A stretch of 42,491 nucleotides of DNA from an uncultured bacterium (GCA_965656415.1 CBFHKL010000004.1:1-42491), one strand, 5' to 3'; positions 1 through 9,011 are shown, numbered from the stretch's first letter. Translations and numbers: made by a program. The notes: generated from the sequence alone by a model not told the origin.

Positions 1-108
1 TTTCACAATTGGATGCAATTTTATGGTAAAACTCAAAAAATGACTGATTCTCAAGGAAGAACTTTTTGGTATGCAAAAAAATGGCATAAAGCTCTTAAAG
101 TTTTATAA
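1..108 (+). CDS. 3' end of an upstream CDS (partial, function unknown)
   Basis: Frame 1 is open from the window edge to TAA at 106-108 (…FHNWMQFYGKTQKMTDSQGRTFWYAKKWHKALKVL*). I recognised no family. Confidence 0.4.
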   Translation, partial: FHNWMQFYGKTQKMTDSQGRTFWYAKKWHKALKVL

Positions 109-116
109 ATTATAAT

Positions 117-1352
117 ATGGATTCATCAATAATCATAACATTTGCTATTCCATTATTTTTTGGACTAATTCTCATTGAATTTTTTTATGGTATATTGACA
201 AAGCAAAACAACTATCGAATCAATGATGCTATTACAAGCATGTCGCTTGGTCTAATAAGTCGTTTTGTACCTATATTGGGTCTAGGATTCCAGTATGTAG
301 TTTATAAAGCTGTTGCAGAGCAATATAATTTAAAGCTATTAAATGGTGAAGAAATATGGGTTTGGGTTACTGCATTTGTTTTATATGATGTATGTTATTA
401 TTGGATGCATCGAATTCACCATGAAATTAAAGTTTTTTGGGCAACTCACGTAGTTCATCATCATGGTGAGGAGTTTAATCTATCAACAGCTTTAAGACAA
501 ACAAGCACAGGTTTCTTATGGAAATGGGTATTTTTTCTTCCGTTGTTTATAATTGGTATTCCTCCTCATATGTATGTAACTGTTGCTGGTATAAATCTAG
601 TTTATCAGTTTTGGGTTCATACTGAGCACATTGGTAGATTAGGGTTTTTAGAGTATATATTTGTTACTCCATCAAATCATCGTGTTCATCATGCTCAAAA
701 TGAAGATTATCTAGATGCAAATTATGGAGGCGTTTTCATTCTTTGGGATAGAATTTTTGGTACCTTTATCGATGAAAGATCTGATCTAAAACCTGTGTAT
801 GGTACTGTAAAGCCTTTAAAATCATTCAATCCTTTCTGGGCCAATATTGAAGTATTTTATCAAATGATTTTTGATTCTTACCACACAGTAAAGTGGTCTG
901 ATAAAATTAGAGTATGGTTTTCACCACCTAACTGGAGACCGGAGGATGTTTCTATCAAATATCCAATCAAAAAAAATGATTTATCAAGTTTTGAAAAGTA
1001 TGACCCGCAAATTGGTTTGAGAGAAAAAATATTTGCAGGCACACAATTTGCTGTAATAAATATAATGACTATTATCATGCTTTTTAACGTCCAGAATTAT
1101 ATTTATAATGAAATTCTGGCAGTTATTCTTTTAGTCATATTTGCTGCGATAACAAACTCATTTATTCTTGATGGTAATCGTATTGGTTTTAAAGCTGAAT
1201 TATTAAAATCAATTGCAGTTTTAGCTTGCTTGCAGCTTGGATATTTTTCTTCATCAATGAGCTTTTTTGTTATGTGTTATGCAATATTTACTTTATTAGC
1301 TTCAACTTTCATTCTTCTATCAAAAGATAAAAATATTATTTCTCCAGCTTAA
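117..1352 (+). CDS. Fatty acid hydroxylase / sterol desaturase superfamily membrane di-iron enzyme with an extra C-terminal multi-TM extension
   Basis: Three histidine boxes typical of the family are present (HRIHHE, HVVHHH, HRVHHA) in a polytopic N-terminal half. The C-terminal ~100 aa are additional hydrophobic helices. Confidence 0.8.
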   Translation: MDSSIIITFAIPLFFGLILIEFFYGILTKQNNYRINDAITSMSLGLISRFVPILGLGFQYVVYKAVAEQYNLKLLNGEEIWVWVTAFVLYDVCYYWMHRIHHEIKVFWATHVVHHHGEEFNLSTALRQTSTGFLWKWVFFLPLFIIGIPPHMYVTVAGINLVYQFWVHTEHIGRLGFLEYIFVTPSNHRVHHAQNEDYLDANYGGVFILWDRIFGTFIDERSDLKPVYGTVKPLKSFNPFWANIEVFYQMIFDSYHTVKWSDKIRVWFSPPNWRPEDVSIKYPIKKNDLSSFEKYDPQIGLREKIFAGTQFAVINIMTIIMLFNVQNYIYNEILAVILLVIFAAITNSFILDGNRIGFKAELLKSIAVLACLQLGYFSSSMSFFVMCYAIFTLLASTFILLSKDKNIISPA

Positions 1353-1353
1353 T

Positions 1354-2619
1354 ATGTCTGAGAACCCAAAGATTGCTATTATAGGTGCTGGTCCATCTGG
1401 ACTTACAGCATTAAAAAACTTAATTACCAATGGTTTTGATGTTACTTGTTTTGAAATGAATGATCAAATAGGGGGTAATTGGGTATATAAAGACAAAACA
1501 GGTCATTCAAGTGTATTTAAAACAACTCATATAATTAGTTCAAAAAAATTTTCAGAATATACTGATTTTCCAATGCCTGATGATTATCCAGACTATCCAT
1601 CTGGAGCTGAACTCTTAGCCTATTTTAATAGTTATGTTGACACTTTCAATTTGAAGCAGTACATAAGATTTAATACTAAAGTCAAAAAAGCTATTCCTTT
1701 GGATAATAAATGGAAGTTATTTTATGAAGATTCAAGCAAGGATTTTGATTATTTGATAATTGCAAATGGTCATCATTGGAGTCCAAGAATACCTAAGTTT
1801 GAAGGTAATTTTTCTGGAGAGCTAATGCATTCTCATCAATTTAAGAATAACGAATATTTTAAAAATAAATCTGTCTTAGTCGTTGGTGGAGGTAATTCAG
1901 CATGTGATATTGCTGTTGAGATAAGCAGGGTAGCTAAGAAAACATCAATTAGTATGAGAAGAGGATATCACTTTATTCCAAAGTTTATGATGGGTATGCC
2001 TTCAGATGAGTATTACGCTAAGACATTATGGATACCGCAGCGAATTAGATTATTATTACAAAAATTGGCACTTAGAATAGTACAGGGTAAATATGAAAAC
2101 TATGGATTGCAAAAACCAGATCATGATATATTGCAATCCCATGCAACAGTAAATTCAGAGCTACTTTATTTTATTAAGCATGGCAAAATTAGCCCTAAAA
2201 AAAATATAAGATGTTTTTCAGAAAAAAATGTAGAGTTTGTTGACGGAAAAAAAGAAGATTTTGATGTAATACTTTTTGCTACTGGCTATGAAATAAGCTT
2301 TCCATTTTTTAGCACTTCTAATATTGATTATGAAAATAATGATATTGATTTATATAATTTTTGTTTTCATCCAAAGTATACCAATTTGATGTTTGTTGGA
2401 CTACTGCAACCTTTAGGATGTATTTGGCCTTTGTCTGATTTACAGTCACAACAAATTGTTAAATATTTAAAAAATGAATGGAATTATCCTAAAGATTTTG
2501 AACGAGCTGTTATTGAACAACAAAACAATATGCCATATGATTTTATTGATACTCCTAGACATAAGCTTGAAGTAGACTTCCATTCATTTAGAAAGCATTT
2601 AGAAAAAGAAATTAATTGA
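1354..2619 (+). CDS. Flavin-containing monooxygenase (FMO-type, FAD/NADPH-dependent)
   Basis: Motifs seen: FAD GxGxxG (IIGAGPSGL), FMO motif FxGxxxHxxxF/Y (FSGELMHSHQF), second Rossmann VVGGGNSACDI, and ATGY (FATGYE). It starts 1 nt after the stop of the preceding gene. Confidence 0.8.
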   Translation: MSENPKIAIIGAGPSGLTALKNLITNGFDVTCFEMNDQIGGNWVYKDKTGHSSVFKTTHIISSKKFSEYTDFPMPDDYPDYPSGAELLAYFNSYVDTFNLKQYIRFNTKVKKAIPLDNKWKLFYEDSSKDFDYLIIANGHHWSPRIPKFEGNFSGELMHSHQFKNNEYFKNKSVLVVGGGNSACDIAVEISRVAKKTSISMRRGYHFIPKFMMGMPSDEYYAKTLWIPQRIRLLLQKLALRIVQGKYENYGLQKPDHDILQSHATVNSELLYFIKHGKISPKKNIRCFSEKNVEFVDGKKEDFDVILFATGYEISFPFFSTSNIDYENNDIDLYNFCFHPKYTNLMFVGLLQPLGCIWPLSDLQSQQIVKYLKNEWNYPKDFERAVIEQQNNMPYDFIDTPRHKLEVDFHSFRKHLEKEIN

Positions 2620-2756
2620 TTAAATGAAAAATGAACCTGGTTATAAAATTATCATTTTTCTAGTAGCCGCTTGGATTATTATTTTTTTAGCTTTAATAAT
2701 TTCATTTCAAATATAATTTTAATAAAAAACTATCCTTTTTTCTTAAAAAATTAGTT

Positions 2757-2785
2757 TTGACATTATAGTATGTAAAGTGTACTTT
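2757..2785 (+). promoter_or_regulatory. Candidate sigma70-like promoter for the DUF2207 gene
   Basis: TTGACA at 2757-2762, a 17-nt spacer, then TACTTT at 2780-2785. It overlaps an 8+8 inverted repeat, TGTAAAGT-gt-ACTTTACA, at 2771-2788. The -10 element is weak. Confidence 0.3.
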
Positions 2786-2790
2786 ACAGC

Positions 2791-4497
2791 GTGGGAAAGT
2801 TCATTTATTCAATTAAATTTTTATTCGTTGTGCTATTTACTGCAACTTTGCTTAATGCAGCAGATAAATCATACAAAATTGTATCTACAGATATTCAAAC
2901 TATAATTAATAATGATGGTACGATTAATTTTATTGAAACTAGGGAATTTAGTTTTAAAGGAGATTTTACGTTCGTTTACCAGGTTATTCCTAAAAGAGGA
3001 TTCGATAAAATTTATGATATTCAAGTTTCTGAAAACGGTGTAGCATACTTAAATAAAGATACAAAGCAAGATGGTACATTTTTAATCGATGAAAGAAAAA
3101 ACTCTTATAGAATTTATCTTTATCACAATTCTTCAAATGAAAATAAAAAATTTGCCGTAAAGTATACTTTAGAAAATCCATTTACCATTGGAGAAAAAGA
3201 TAGTCAATTTTACTGGATTTATTTATCTGATAGGTGGGATAAAAGACCAGGAAATTTATCTATTTCACAAAAATTTTCATCAAACATTCAAAAAAATGAT
3301 ATCATTTACGACATAGAAAATCCTTCTAATTCAAAGAAGTATAAGTTAAATATTGAAGATGATTCATTATCATTTTTCTCTTCAGATTTTTCAAGCAATA
3401 ATGAAATGAAATTAAGAACAATATTTCCATCTTCGTATTTTATTAATCCGGTTGTGTCTGATTCAAATTTTTCATTAGCTGCAATCGAAAAGGAAAAAAG
3501 AGATAGAGACCTTGCTCAATATTTTATTGGTCTTTTAGCATTATTTTCATTAGTAACATTTATTAGTTATGCCAGAAGAAATCTTTTAAAATTCAAAATA
3601 GAACCTGATGAAAATCAGCAATTCACATCATTTCCTTCAAATGATCATCCAGTAATAGTAAATGGCCTTATTTATCGTGAATTAACACTTGGACCTACTG
3701 GTGGCGGTGTATTATCAACGCTTTTTGAACTAGCATCATTAAATAAGCTGAAAATTGAGGTTGTTGAAGTAGGTAAGTGGTTTAAATCAAAACGTCTTAA
3801 AATCACAATTAATAATACTGACTCAGATAATGTAAAAAGTAGTTTTGCTAAATTGTTATTAAAAAGAATGAAAAAATTTGGTTCTGAAACTTCATTTAGA
3901 GATGTTTTTAGTGATTTTAGTTTGCTTTCATCAGATTGGAAATCTTTAAAAGAAGAAGAGGTTTATGGTAGAGGCTGGGTTGATATGTCGTATCAAGATG
4001 AAAAATATCGATTAGCAATCCTACAATTTTTAATTTTAAATATAATTGTTTTTTGCGCAATTTGGTTCCAAACTTTTCTTGGTTTTGTATCAATAGCACC
4101 TTTTATGTTTTTTATTATAACTATTGCAAGTAGCAGATTAACCAAAGAAGGGCAATTGTTATATAATCAATGGGGCTTATTCATGAGTAAGTTAAAAGAA
4201 GGTGAGGTTGATATTAAAAAATTTGACCCTGATTTAATGCTTCAATATTGTCTTGCGCTAGGTGCACAACCTGAAGAGCTTAAGAGTATCATAAAAAATA
4301 TTGAGTCAGAGCATACAGATAGCTTTGTTTGGATGGGTCATGGCGGAGACACTTCAAGCTTATCATCTGCAGCTTCCATGGTAAGTGATATTGCTTCAAC
4401 CGGTACAACCATATCTGCTTCTTTTGGTGGAGGTGATGGTGGCGGCGGTGGAGCTGGCGGTGGAGCTGGCGGCGGTGGCGGAGGCGGCGCTGGATAA
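2791..4497 (+). CDS. DUF2207-family membrane protein with a glycine-rich C-terminal tail
   Basis: GTG start followed by a signal peptide. The N-terminal exported domain opens with the DUF2207-like pattern (YKIVSTDIQTIINNDGTINFIETREFSFKGDF). Several TM helices lie mid-protein, and the protein ends in a poly-Gly/Ala tail (GGGDGGGGGAGGGAGGGGGGGAG). Confidence 0.7.
   Translation: MGKFIYSIKFLFVVLFTATLLNAADKSYKIVSTDIQTIINNDGTINFIETREFSFKGDFTFVYQVIPKRGFDKIYDIQVSENGVAYLNKDTKQDGTFLIDERKNSYRIYLYHNSSNENKKFAVKYTLENPFTIGEKDSQFYWIYLSDRWDKRPGNLSISQKFSSNIQKNDIIYDIENPSNSKKYKLNIEDDSLSFFSSDFSSNNEMKLRTIFPSSYFINPVVSDSNFSLAAIEKEKRDRDLAQYFIGLLALFSLVTFISYARRNLLKFKIEPDENQQFTSFPSNDHPVIVNGLIYRELTLGPTGGGVLSTLFELASLNKLKIEVVEVGKWFKSKRLKITINNTDSDNVKSSFAKLLLKRMKKFGSETSFRDVFSDFSLLSSDWKSLKEEEVYGRGWVDMSYQDEKYRLAILQFLILNIIVFCAIWFQTFLGFVSIAPFMFFIITIASSRLTKEGQLLYNQWGLFMSKLKEGEVDIKKFDPDLMLQYCLALGAQPEELKSIIKNIESEHTDSFVWMGHGGDTSSLSSAASMVSDIASTGTTISASFGGGDGGGGGAGGGAGGGGGGGAG
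4447..4470 (+). repeat. Perfect 12-nt tandem duplication (GGTGGAGCTGGC x2) inside a GC-rich Gly tract
   Basis: Read directly: 4447-4458 equals 4459-4470. It is embedded in a G/C-rich run (about 4426-4494) that contrasts with the AT-rich surroundings. Confidence 0.9.
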
Positions 4498-4560
4498 GAC
4501 AATAATAATATTTTAGTTCTATATTGCTATAAATTTTTTTTTTAATTAAAATTAATATCA

Positions 4561-4980
4561 ATGAAAAAAATAATATTAACTATTTTACTTCTGAGTTATG
4601 GATTTTCTCAATCAAAAGTTTCTATTCAAGATAATGAAATTTCTATCAATAAAAACGAAGCAGTAGTAGAAGTATTAGGTATGGTTTGTTCTATGTGTGC
4701 TTTTGGAATAGGAGAAGGCTTTTCAAAAACGAATTTCATTGATAAATCCAAGTTTACCGATGGTGTTTCAGTTGATATTGATGGACAATATGTACAACTT
4801 GGATTATTAGATTCTAAAGATGTAAACCCTGAAAAAATTGTTCAAGTTATAGAAGATGCTGGATATGATGTTAATCTATTGTTCATTCTTCAAAATGAAA
4901 AATTAACTAAGTTTAGTACTGATAAGCTTGGTATTTTGCAACCTATAGCATTTAATCTTACTTCCGATAATAATAACTAA
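4561..4980 (+). CDS. Exported heavy-metal-associated (HMA) domain protein
   Basis: It has a signal peptide and the GMxCxxC metal-binding motif (LGMVCSMCAFG). A ferredoxin-like remainder ends in EDAGYDV. Confidence 0.7.
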   Translation: MKKIILTILLLSYGFSQSKVSIQDNEISINKNEAVVEVLGMVCSMCAFGIGEGFSKTNFIDKSKFTDGVSVDIDGQYVQLGLLDSKDVNPEKIVQVIEDAGYDVNLLFILQNEKLTKFSTDKLGILQPIAFNLTSDNNN

Positions 4981-4990
4981 ACGATCATAT

Positions 4991-5593
4991 ATGTTGAGAA
5001 TATTTTTTGCTCTAATTATTCTTTTTAGCAGTGTATCAGCCCACCCGGTAATCTTTAAAAATGGTAAGGTCTTTTGGCTTACACAAAATCCAAGTTTTAA
5101 TGATATAAGATTTGGAGTTTCTAAAACAAGTAACTGGTTAATTGGAGGTAGATTCTTAGAGGACAGAAAATCAAACGAGACATTTGCATTGGTAAATAAT
5201 AATTATCTAGCTAAAAGATGGAATAGTAAAAATTCACAGGCAAATTTATACTTATTATCAAGCGTTGGATTAAATACTAAAAATTCCGAACCCATGGGAT
5301 CATTTGGAATTCATGGAGATTGGGAAAATCGACGCTTTATGGCTATGGAAATGATTGAATACTTTTCTCATAGTAGCGCATTGGTATCAAACTCAAGGCT
5401 TGCTTATAGTCCATATACTGTAGACTATTCAAAGACCTCAACTTGGCTTATAGCTCATTATAGGGTTGAATATAGTGATAATAAATATTCCTACATGTTT
5501 TTTCCAGTAGTTCGACTTTTTAAAAAAAATTATCTTTTTGAGATTGGATATAATGGTAATGATTCATTTTTATCTTTCATGACTCATTTTTAA
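4991..5593 (+). CDS. Putative small outer-membrane beta-barrel protein (function unknown)
   Basis: It has a signal peptide (…SSVSA|HP), alternating hydrophobic/polar strands, aromatic-rich segments and a C-terminal Phe (…SFMTHF). Confidence 0.5.
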   Translation: MLRIFFALIILFSSVSAHPVIFKNGKVFWLTQNPSFNDIRFGVSKTSNWLIGGRFLEDRKSNETFALVNNNYLAKRWNSKNSQANLYLLSSVGLNTKNSEPMGSFGIHGDWENRRFMAMEMIEYFSHSSALVSNSRLAYSPYTVDYSKTSTWLIAHYRVEYSDNKYSYMFFPVVRLFKKNYLFEIGYNGNDSFLSFMTHF

Positions 5594-5613
5594 CGAGTTC
5601 TATTTGATTTTTT

Positions 5614-5775
5614 ATGTCCAAAGTCTTACTTTCCACCTGTATGCTAAAACAATTAAACAATCTATCTGATAATCTTATTTCAATTTTAGACACAAAAATA
5701 GGGTTTTATATATCCCTGGTATTTACGGTTGGAGTAGCATCATTAATCTTTATGAAGGTGCTCTATAATGGATAA
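5614..5775 (+). CDS. Possible 53-aa small membrane protein (not in ORF track)
   Basis: ATG at 5614 to TAA at 5773-5775. The product carries one hydrophobic helix (FYISLVFTVGVASLIF). There is no clear SD and I recognised no family. Confidence 0.25.
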   Translation: MSKVLLSTCMLKQLNNLSDNLISILDTKIGFYISLVFTVGVASLIFMKVLYNG

Positions 5776-5872
5776 TATAATAGCTAAAATTGTTCATTAC
5801 TGCTTAGATAGCAAGCTAGTTTTAGTTTTGATTGTTATAGCATTTATACTAAAATTATTAAGTATTTATTAA
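5768..5872 (+). CDS. Possible 34-aa small membrane protein (not in ORF track)
   Basis: The ATG at 5768 overlaps the end of the preceding small ORF. The product has one hydrophobic helix (LVLVLIVIAFILKLL). Support is weak. Confidence 0.2.
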   Translation: MDNIIAKIVHYCLDSKLVLVLIVIAFILKLLSIY

Positions 5873-5893
5873 ACTAACTTACAGGGGATAAAA

Positions 5894-6073
5894 ATGAACT
5901 CAAATTCATGGTATCTTTTAATGATTCTTTCAATTTTCATGGCAGTGTTACTATTTTTGAATGTTCCTGGATATGAAGATGCTATATCAGCAAGACAAGT
6001 AGGAGTTTTTGTTGGATTATGGGCTCCAACTTTTGGAATCTTAGGAGTGCGCGCACAATTAAATGAGAAATAA
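5894..6073 (+). CDS. 59-aa two-helix small membrane protein (not in ORF track)
   Basis: SD-like AGGGGA sits 6-7 nt upstream of the ATG at 5894. Two hydrophobic segments are present, and a strong hairpin terminator follows at 6092-6116. Confidence 0.45.
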   Translation: MNSNSWYLLMILSIFMAVLLFLNVPGYEDAISARQVGVFVGLWAPTFGILGVRAQLNEK

Positions 6074-6091
6074 TCCTTTTCGTTTAGTATT

Positions 6092-6116
6092 AAAAGGGGC
6101 TTTTTAGCCCCTTTTT
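6092..6116 (+). terminator. Rho-independent terminator
   Basis: AAAAGGGGCT (6092-6101), a 4-nt loop, then AGCCCCTTTT (6106-6115). The T run (6112-6116) that pairs with the leading A run also serves as the T tail. Confidence 0.6.
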
Positions 6117-6131
6117 ATATATATTTTTACC

Positions 6132-6248
6132 ATGATAGAATGGGGACCATTTACTTTTCAGCATCCAATAGAGCTTCCAATGTTCTTTATGTGCATTATT
6201 TTTGTTGTATTTATGGTATTCAATTTAGCTATGAACGAAGACGATTAG
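6132..6248 (+). CDS. Possible 38-aa small membrane protein (not in ORF track)
   Basis: ATG at 6132 to TAG at 6246-6248, which ends 1 nt before the GNAT start. One hydrophobic helix is present (MFFMCIIFVVFMVF). Confidence 0.3.
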   Translation: MIEWGPFTFQHPIELPMFFMCIIFVVFMVFNLAMNEDD

Positions 6249-6249
6249 A

Positions 6250-6702
6250 ATGCTTTCAATTAGAGAGTATGTTCATCAACTAGATTGGGACAATATTTGC
6301 AAAATTCATGATCAAGCTAGAATTATTGAATTAGAAAAATCTGCGCCTAAAGAAGCCTTTGTTCCGCTCAGACAGTGTTATAAAGAAGAGAAGCTTTTTG
6401 ACTCATTAATATTTGTAGCTGAACAAAATAATGAAACGATAGGTTTTGTTGCTTTTTGCAATAAAGAAATTACTTGGCTATATATTGATCCTAAATTTTT
6501 TAGAAAAGGATATGGCAAACAACTTCTAAGCTTTGCTTTGAGGAAAGTTTTAAAACCTGCTAGAGTAACAGTTCTTAATAATAATTTAAGGGCAATAAAT
6601 TTATATAAAGCATTAGGTTTTACAGTTGAAAAAGAACAACAAGGAAAAATTCCATTAACAAATATTGAGGTTACCTCATTAAGAATGGTTTTAAATGAAT
6701 GA
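6250..6702 (+). CDS. GNAT family N-acetyltransferase
   Basis: The acetyl-CoA binding motif A region is present ([17 protein letters not shown]). Size is typical for the family (150 aa). Confidence 0.8.
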   Translation: MLSIREYVHQLDWDNICKIHDQARIIELEKSAPKEAFVPLRQCYKEEKLFDSLIFVAEQNNETIGFVAFCNKEITWLYIDPKFFRKGYGKQLLSFALRKVLKPARVTVLNNNLRAINLYKALGFTVEKEQQGKIPLTNIEVTSLRMVLNE

Positions 6703-6845
6703 AAAAAGAACATCTTCCTTCAAAAATTTGTCCTATTTGTGGATTTTCATTTAATTGGAGAAAAAAATGGAAAAAAACATGGGAAAATGTTAAATATTGT
6801 AGTGATAAATGTAGACGCAATAAATCAAAAAATAAAAAAAAATGA
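6699..6845 (+). CDS. DUF2256-like 48-aa zinc-ribbon protein (not in ORF track)
   Basis: Hand translation gives [48 protein letters not shown]. This shows CxxC … YCSxxC plus the WRKKW pattern that I recall for DUF2256. There are ATGA overlaps with both neighbours (6699-6702 and 6842-6845). Confidence 0.75.
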   Translation: MKKEHLPSKICPICGFSFNWRKKWKKTWENVKYCSDKCRRNKSKNKKK

Positions 6846-7600
6846 AAAATAAGCTTATATATATCATGTTAATGTTTTCTTTTCTTTTTCCTTGGGGAAA
6901 AACTGGTCATAGAGCTACTGGCGAGGTAGCAGAATCTTATTTAACTGAAAATACTCGTTTAGAGATTAGAAAAATTTTAAAGGACCCTTCTTTAGCTGTA
7001 GCAAGTACCTGGGCTGATGAAATGCGATCTAACTCCGATTTCAGAAAATTTAGTACATGGCATTATGTTAATATGCCTCATGATGTAAGGTATGAGGATT
7101 CAAAGAAGTCTCCAAAAGGAGATGTGGTTCAGGCTATTAAAATTTGTAAAAATAAATTAAAAGATTCTAGCGTGAGCAATGACGATAAGGCATTTTATTT
7201 ACGTTTCCTTGTGCATCTTGTTGGTGATATTCATCAACCGCTTCATGTGGGAAGAGCTGAAGATAGAGGGGGAAACGATATTAAGGTTAAATGGTTTGGT
7301 AACGATACAAATCTTCATAGAGTGTGGGATACGCACATTATTGATGACTTTCAAATGAGCTATACTGAACTGGCAAACCATCTTCAAAATAATTTTAGTG
7401 CTACTGATGTTACATTGATGACAGAAGATGAATGGATAGATGAATCACAAAACCTTGTAAATAAGGTATATTCTGAAGTAAAAAATAAGGACAGTTTAGG
7501 CTATACTTATATTTATGAAAATTTTGATTTAGTTAAGTTACAGTTATTTACTGCTGGAGTAAGATTAGCCGACACTTTAAACGATATATTTGATGAGTAA
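6842..7600 (+). CDS. S1/P1-family zinc nuclease (exported)
   Basis: The signal peptide ends just before WGKTGH; in this family the mature N-terminal Trp is a Zn ligand. The [11 protein letters not shown] and NLHRVWD motifs are also present. Confidence 0.85.
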   Translation: MKNKLIYIMLMFSFLFPWGKTGHRATGEVAESYLTENTRLEIRKILKDPSLAVASTWADEMRSNSDFRKFSTWHYVNMPHDVRYEDSKKSPKGDVVQAIKICKNKLKDSSVSNDDKAFYLRFLVHLVGDIHQPLHVGRAEDRGGNDIKVKWFGNDTNLHRVWDTHIIDDFQMSYTELANHLQNNFSATDVTLMTEDEWIDESQNLVNKVYSEVKNKDSLGYTYIYENFDLVKLQLFTAGVRLADTLNDIFDE

Positions 7601-9011
7601 GTTAGCAATTCACTGGTTTAGAAGAGATTTGAGGTTAGCAGATAACCCATCTTTGAATTTTGCAGCCCAAAATGGTACTATAATGCCAATATTTATCCTT
7701 GATACTGCAAATACTACTCAAAAAGAGTTTAATCTTGGAGCAGCAAGCTCCTGGTGGCTTCATCATTCACTACATTCTTTAAATAAATCATTAGGACACA
7801 ATATAAACTGTTTTTCAGGAGATCCTTTAAAAATAATTAAAGATTTAATAAGCAATCATGATATAGAATCAATTTCATGGAATAGATGTTATAGTCCGTG
7901 GGAAATAAAAAGAGATACAAAGATTAAATCACTTCTGAAAAAAAGCAATATTGAAGTTAAAACCTTCAATGGTTCATTATTATGGGAGCCTTGGGAAATT
8001 TTAAAAGATGATAATACTCCATATAAGGTATTCTCTCCATACTACAAAAAAGGTTGTTTGAAAAAACATACAGGACCTAGAGAAGTTGTTGAATCTGAAA
8101 ACTTTAGTTTTTGTGATAAGTTAGACTCTTCGGGAGACATTGATTCACTTGATTTACTTCCAAAGCATCAGTGGAAAGATAAGTTTAATCGTTATTGGAA
8201 AATTGGAGAAAAAGCAGCGATGGAACAATATGTCCATTTTAGAGATAATGGCTTAAATGGATATAAAGAAGGTAGAAACTTTCCTTCACAAGAAAATGTT
8301 TCGGTTCTATCTCCTCATCTACATTTTGGAGAAATTTCACCAAATCAAATATGGCACGATAATAAAAATGTTAATCCTGAAAAAGATGTGACTCATTTTC
8401 ATAGCGAACTTGGATGGAGAGAATTTTCTTATTATTTAATATATCATTTTCCATTTATGTGCACTGAAAATCTAAATAAACGATTTGACAATTTCCCTTG
8501 GTCAATAAACCAAGATTTCTTGACTGCATGGCAGAAAGGAAAAACTGGGTATCCGATTGTGGATGCTGGAATGAGGCAGCTTTGGGAAACAGGATATATG
8601 CATAATCGAGTTAGAATGATTGTCGCATCATTCTTGGTAAAAAACCTTTTAATTGATTGGAGGGTTGGATTGGAGTGGTTTAATGACTCTTTGTGTGATG
8701 CAGATTTAGCTAATAATACTGCAAGTTGGCAATGGACAGCTGGAAGTGGAGCTGATGCAGCACCATACTTTAGAATTTTTAATCCAATTTTACAGGGCAA
8801 GAAATTTGATCCAGAAGGTATATATACAAAAAAGTTTGTACCTGAACTTAAAAATTTTCCTTCAAAATATTTATTTTCACCTTGGGAAGCAGATAAATCA
8901 GTTTTTAAAGAAGCTGGAATAGACTATGGAAAAGATTATCCTAAGCCTATTGTTTCTATAGAAGAATCCAGAGATAAAGCATTAAAAGCATATGATAAGA
9001 TAAAAGGATGA
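7593..9011 (+). CDS. phr: Deoxyribodipyrimidine photolyase (class I CPD photolyase / cryptochrome family)
   Basis: Start region is IHWFRRDLRLADNPSL. The FAD-binding block TGYPIVDAGMRQLWETGYMHNRVRMIVASFLVKNLLIDW…WQWTAGSGADAAPYFRIFNP is nearly collinear with my recollection of E. coli PhrB. I prefer the ATG at 7593 over the track's TTG at 7590. Confidence 0.9.
   Translation: MSKLAIHWFRRDLRLADNPSLNFAAQNGTIMPIFILDTANTTQKEFNLGAASSWWLHHSLHSLNKSLGHNINCFSGDPLKIIKDLISNHDIESISWNRCYSPWEIKRDTKIKSLLKKSNIEVKTFNGSLLWEPWEILKDDNTPYKVFSPYYKKGCLKKHTGPREVVESENFSFCDKLDSSGDIDSLDLLPKHQWKDKFNRYWKIGEKAAMEQYVHFRDNGLNGYKEGRNFPSQENVSVLSPHLHFGEISPNQIWHDNKNVNPEKDVTHFHSELGWREFSYYLIYHFPFMCTENLNKRFDNFPWSINQDFLTAWQKGKTGYPIVDAGMRQLWETGYMHNRVRMIVASFLVKNLLIDWRVGLEWFNDSLCDADLANNTASWQWTAGSGADAAPYFRIFNPILQGKKFDPEGIYTKKFVPELKNFPSKYLFSPWEADKSVFKEAGIDYGKDYPKPIVSIEESRDKALKAYDKIKG

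Noticed and set aside
2624-2716. 30-aa ORF (MKNEPGYKIIIFLVAAWIIIFLALIISFQI) 4 nt after the FMO stop.
   Set aside because: It has a single hydrophobic helix, no SD and no motif. It is too short to support without conservation data and could be chance in AT-rich DNA.
4289-4561. 90-aa minus-strand ORF with an R/H/L-rich repeat (RRLRHRRQLHRQLHRRHHH).
   Set aside because: It is the reverse complement of the Gly-tract coding sequence of the DUF2207 gene, so it is a compositional artefact.
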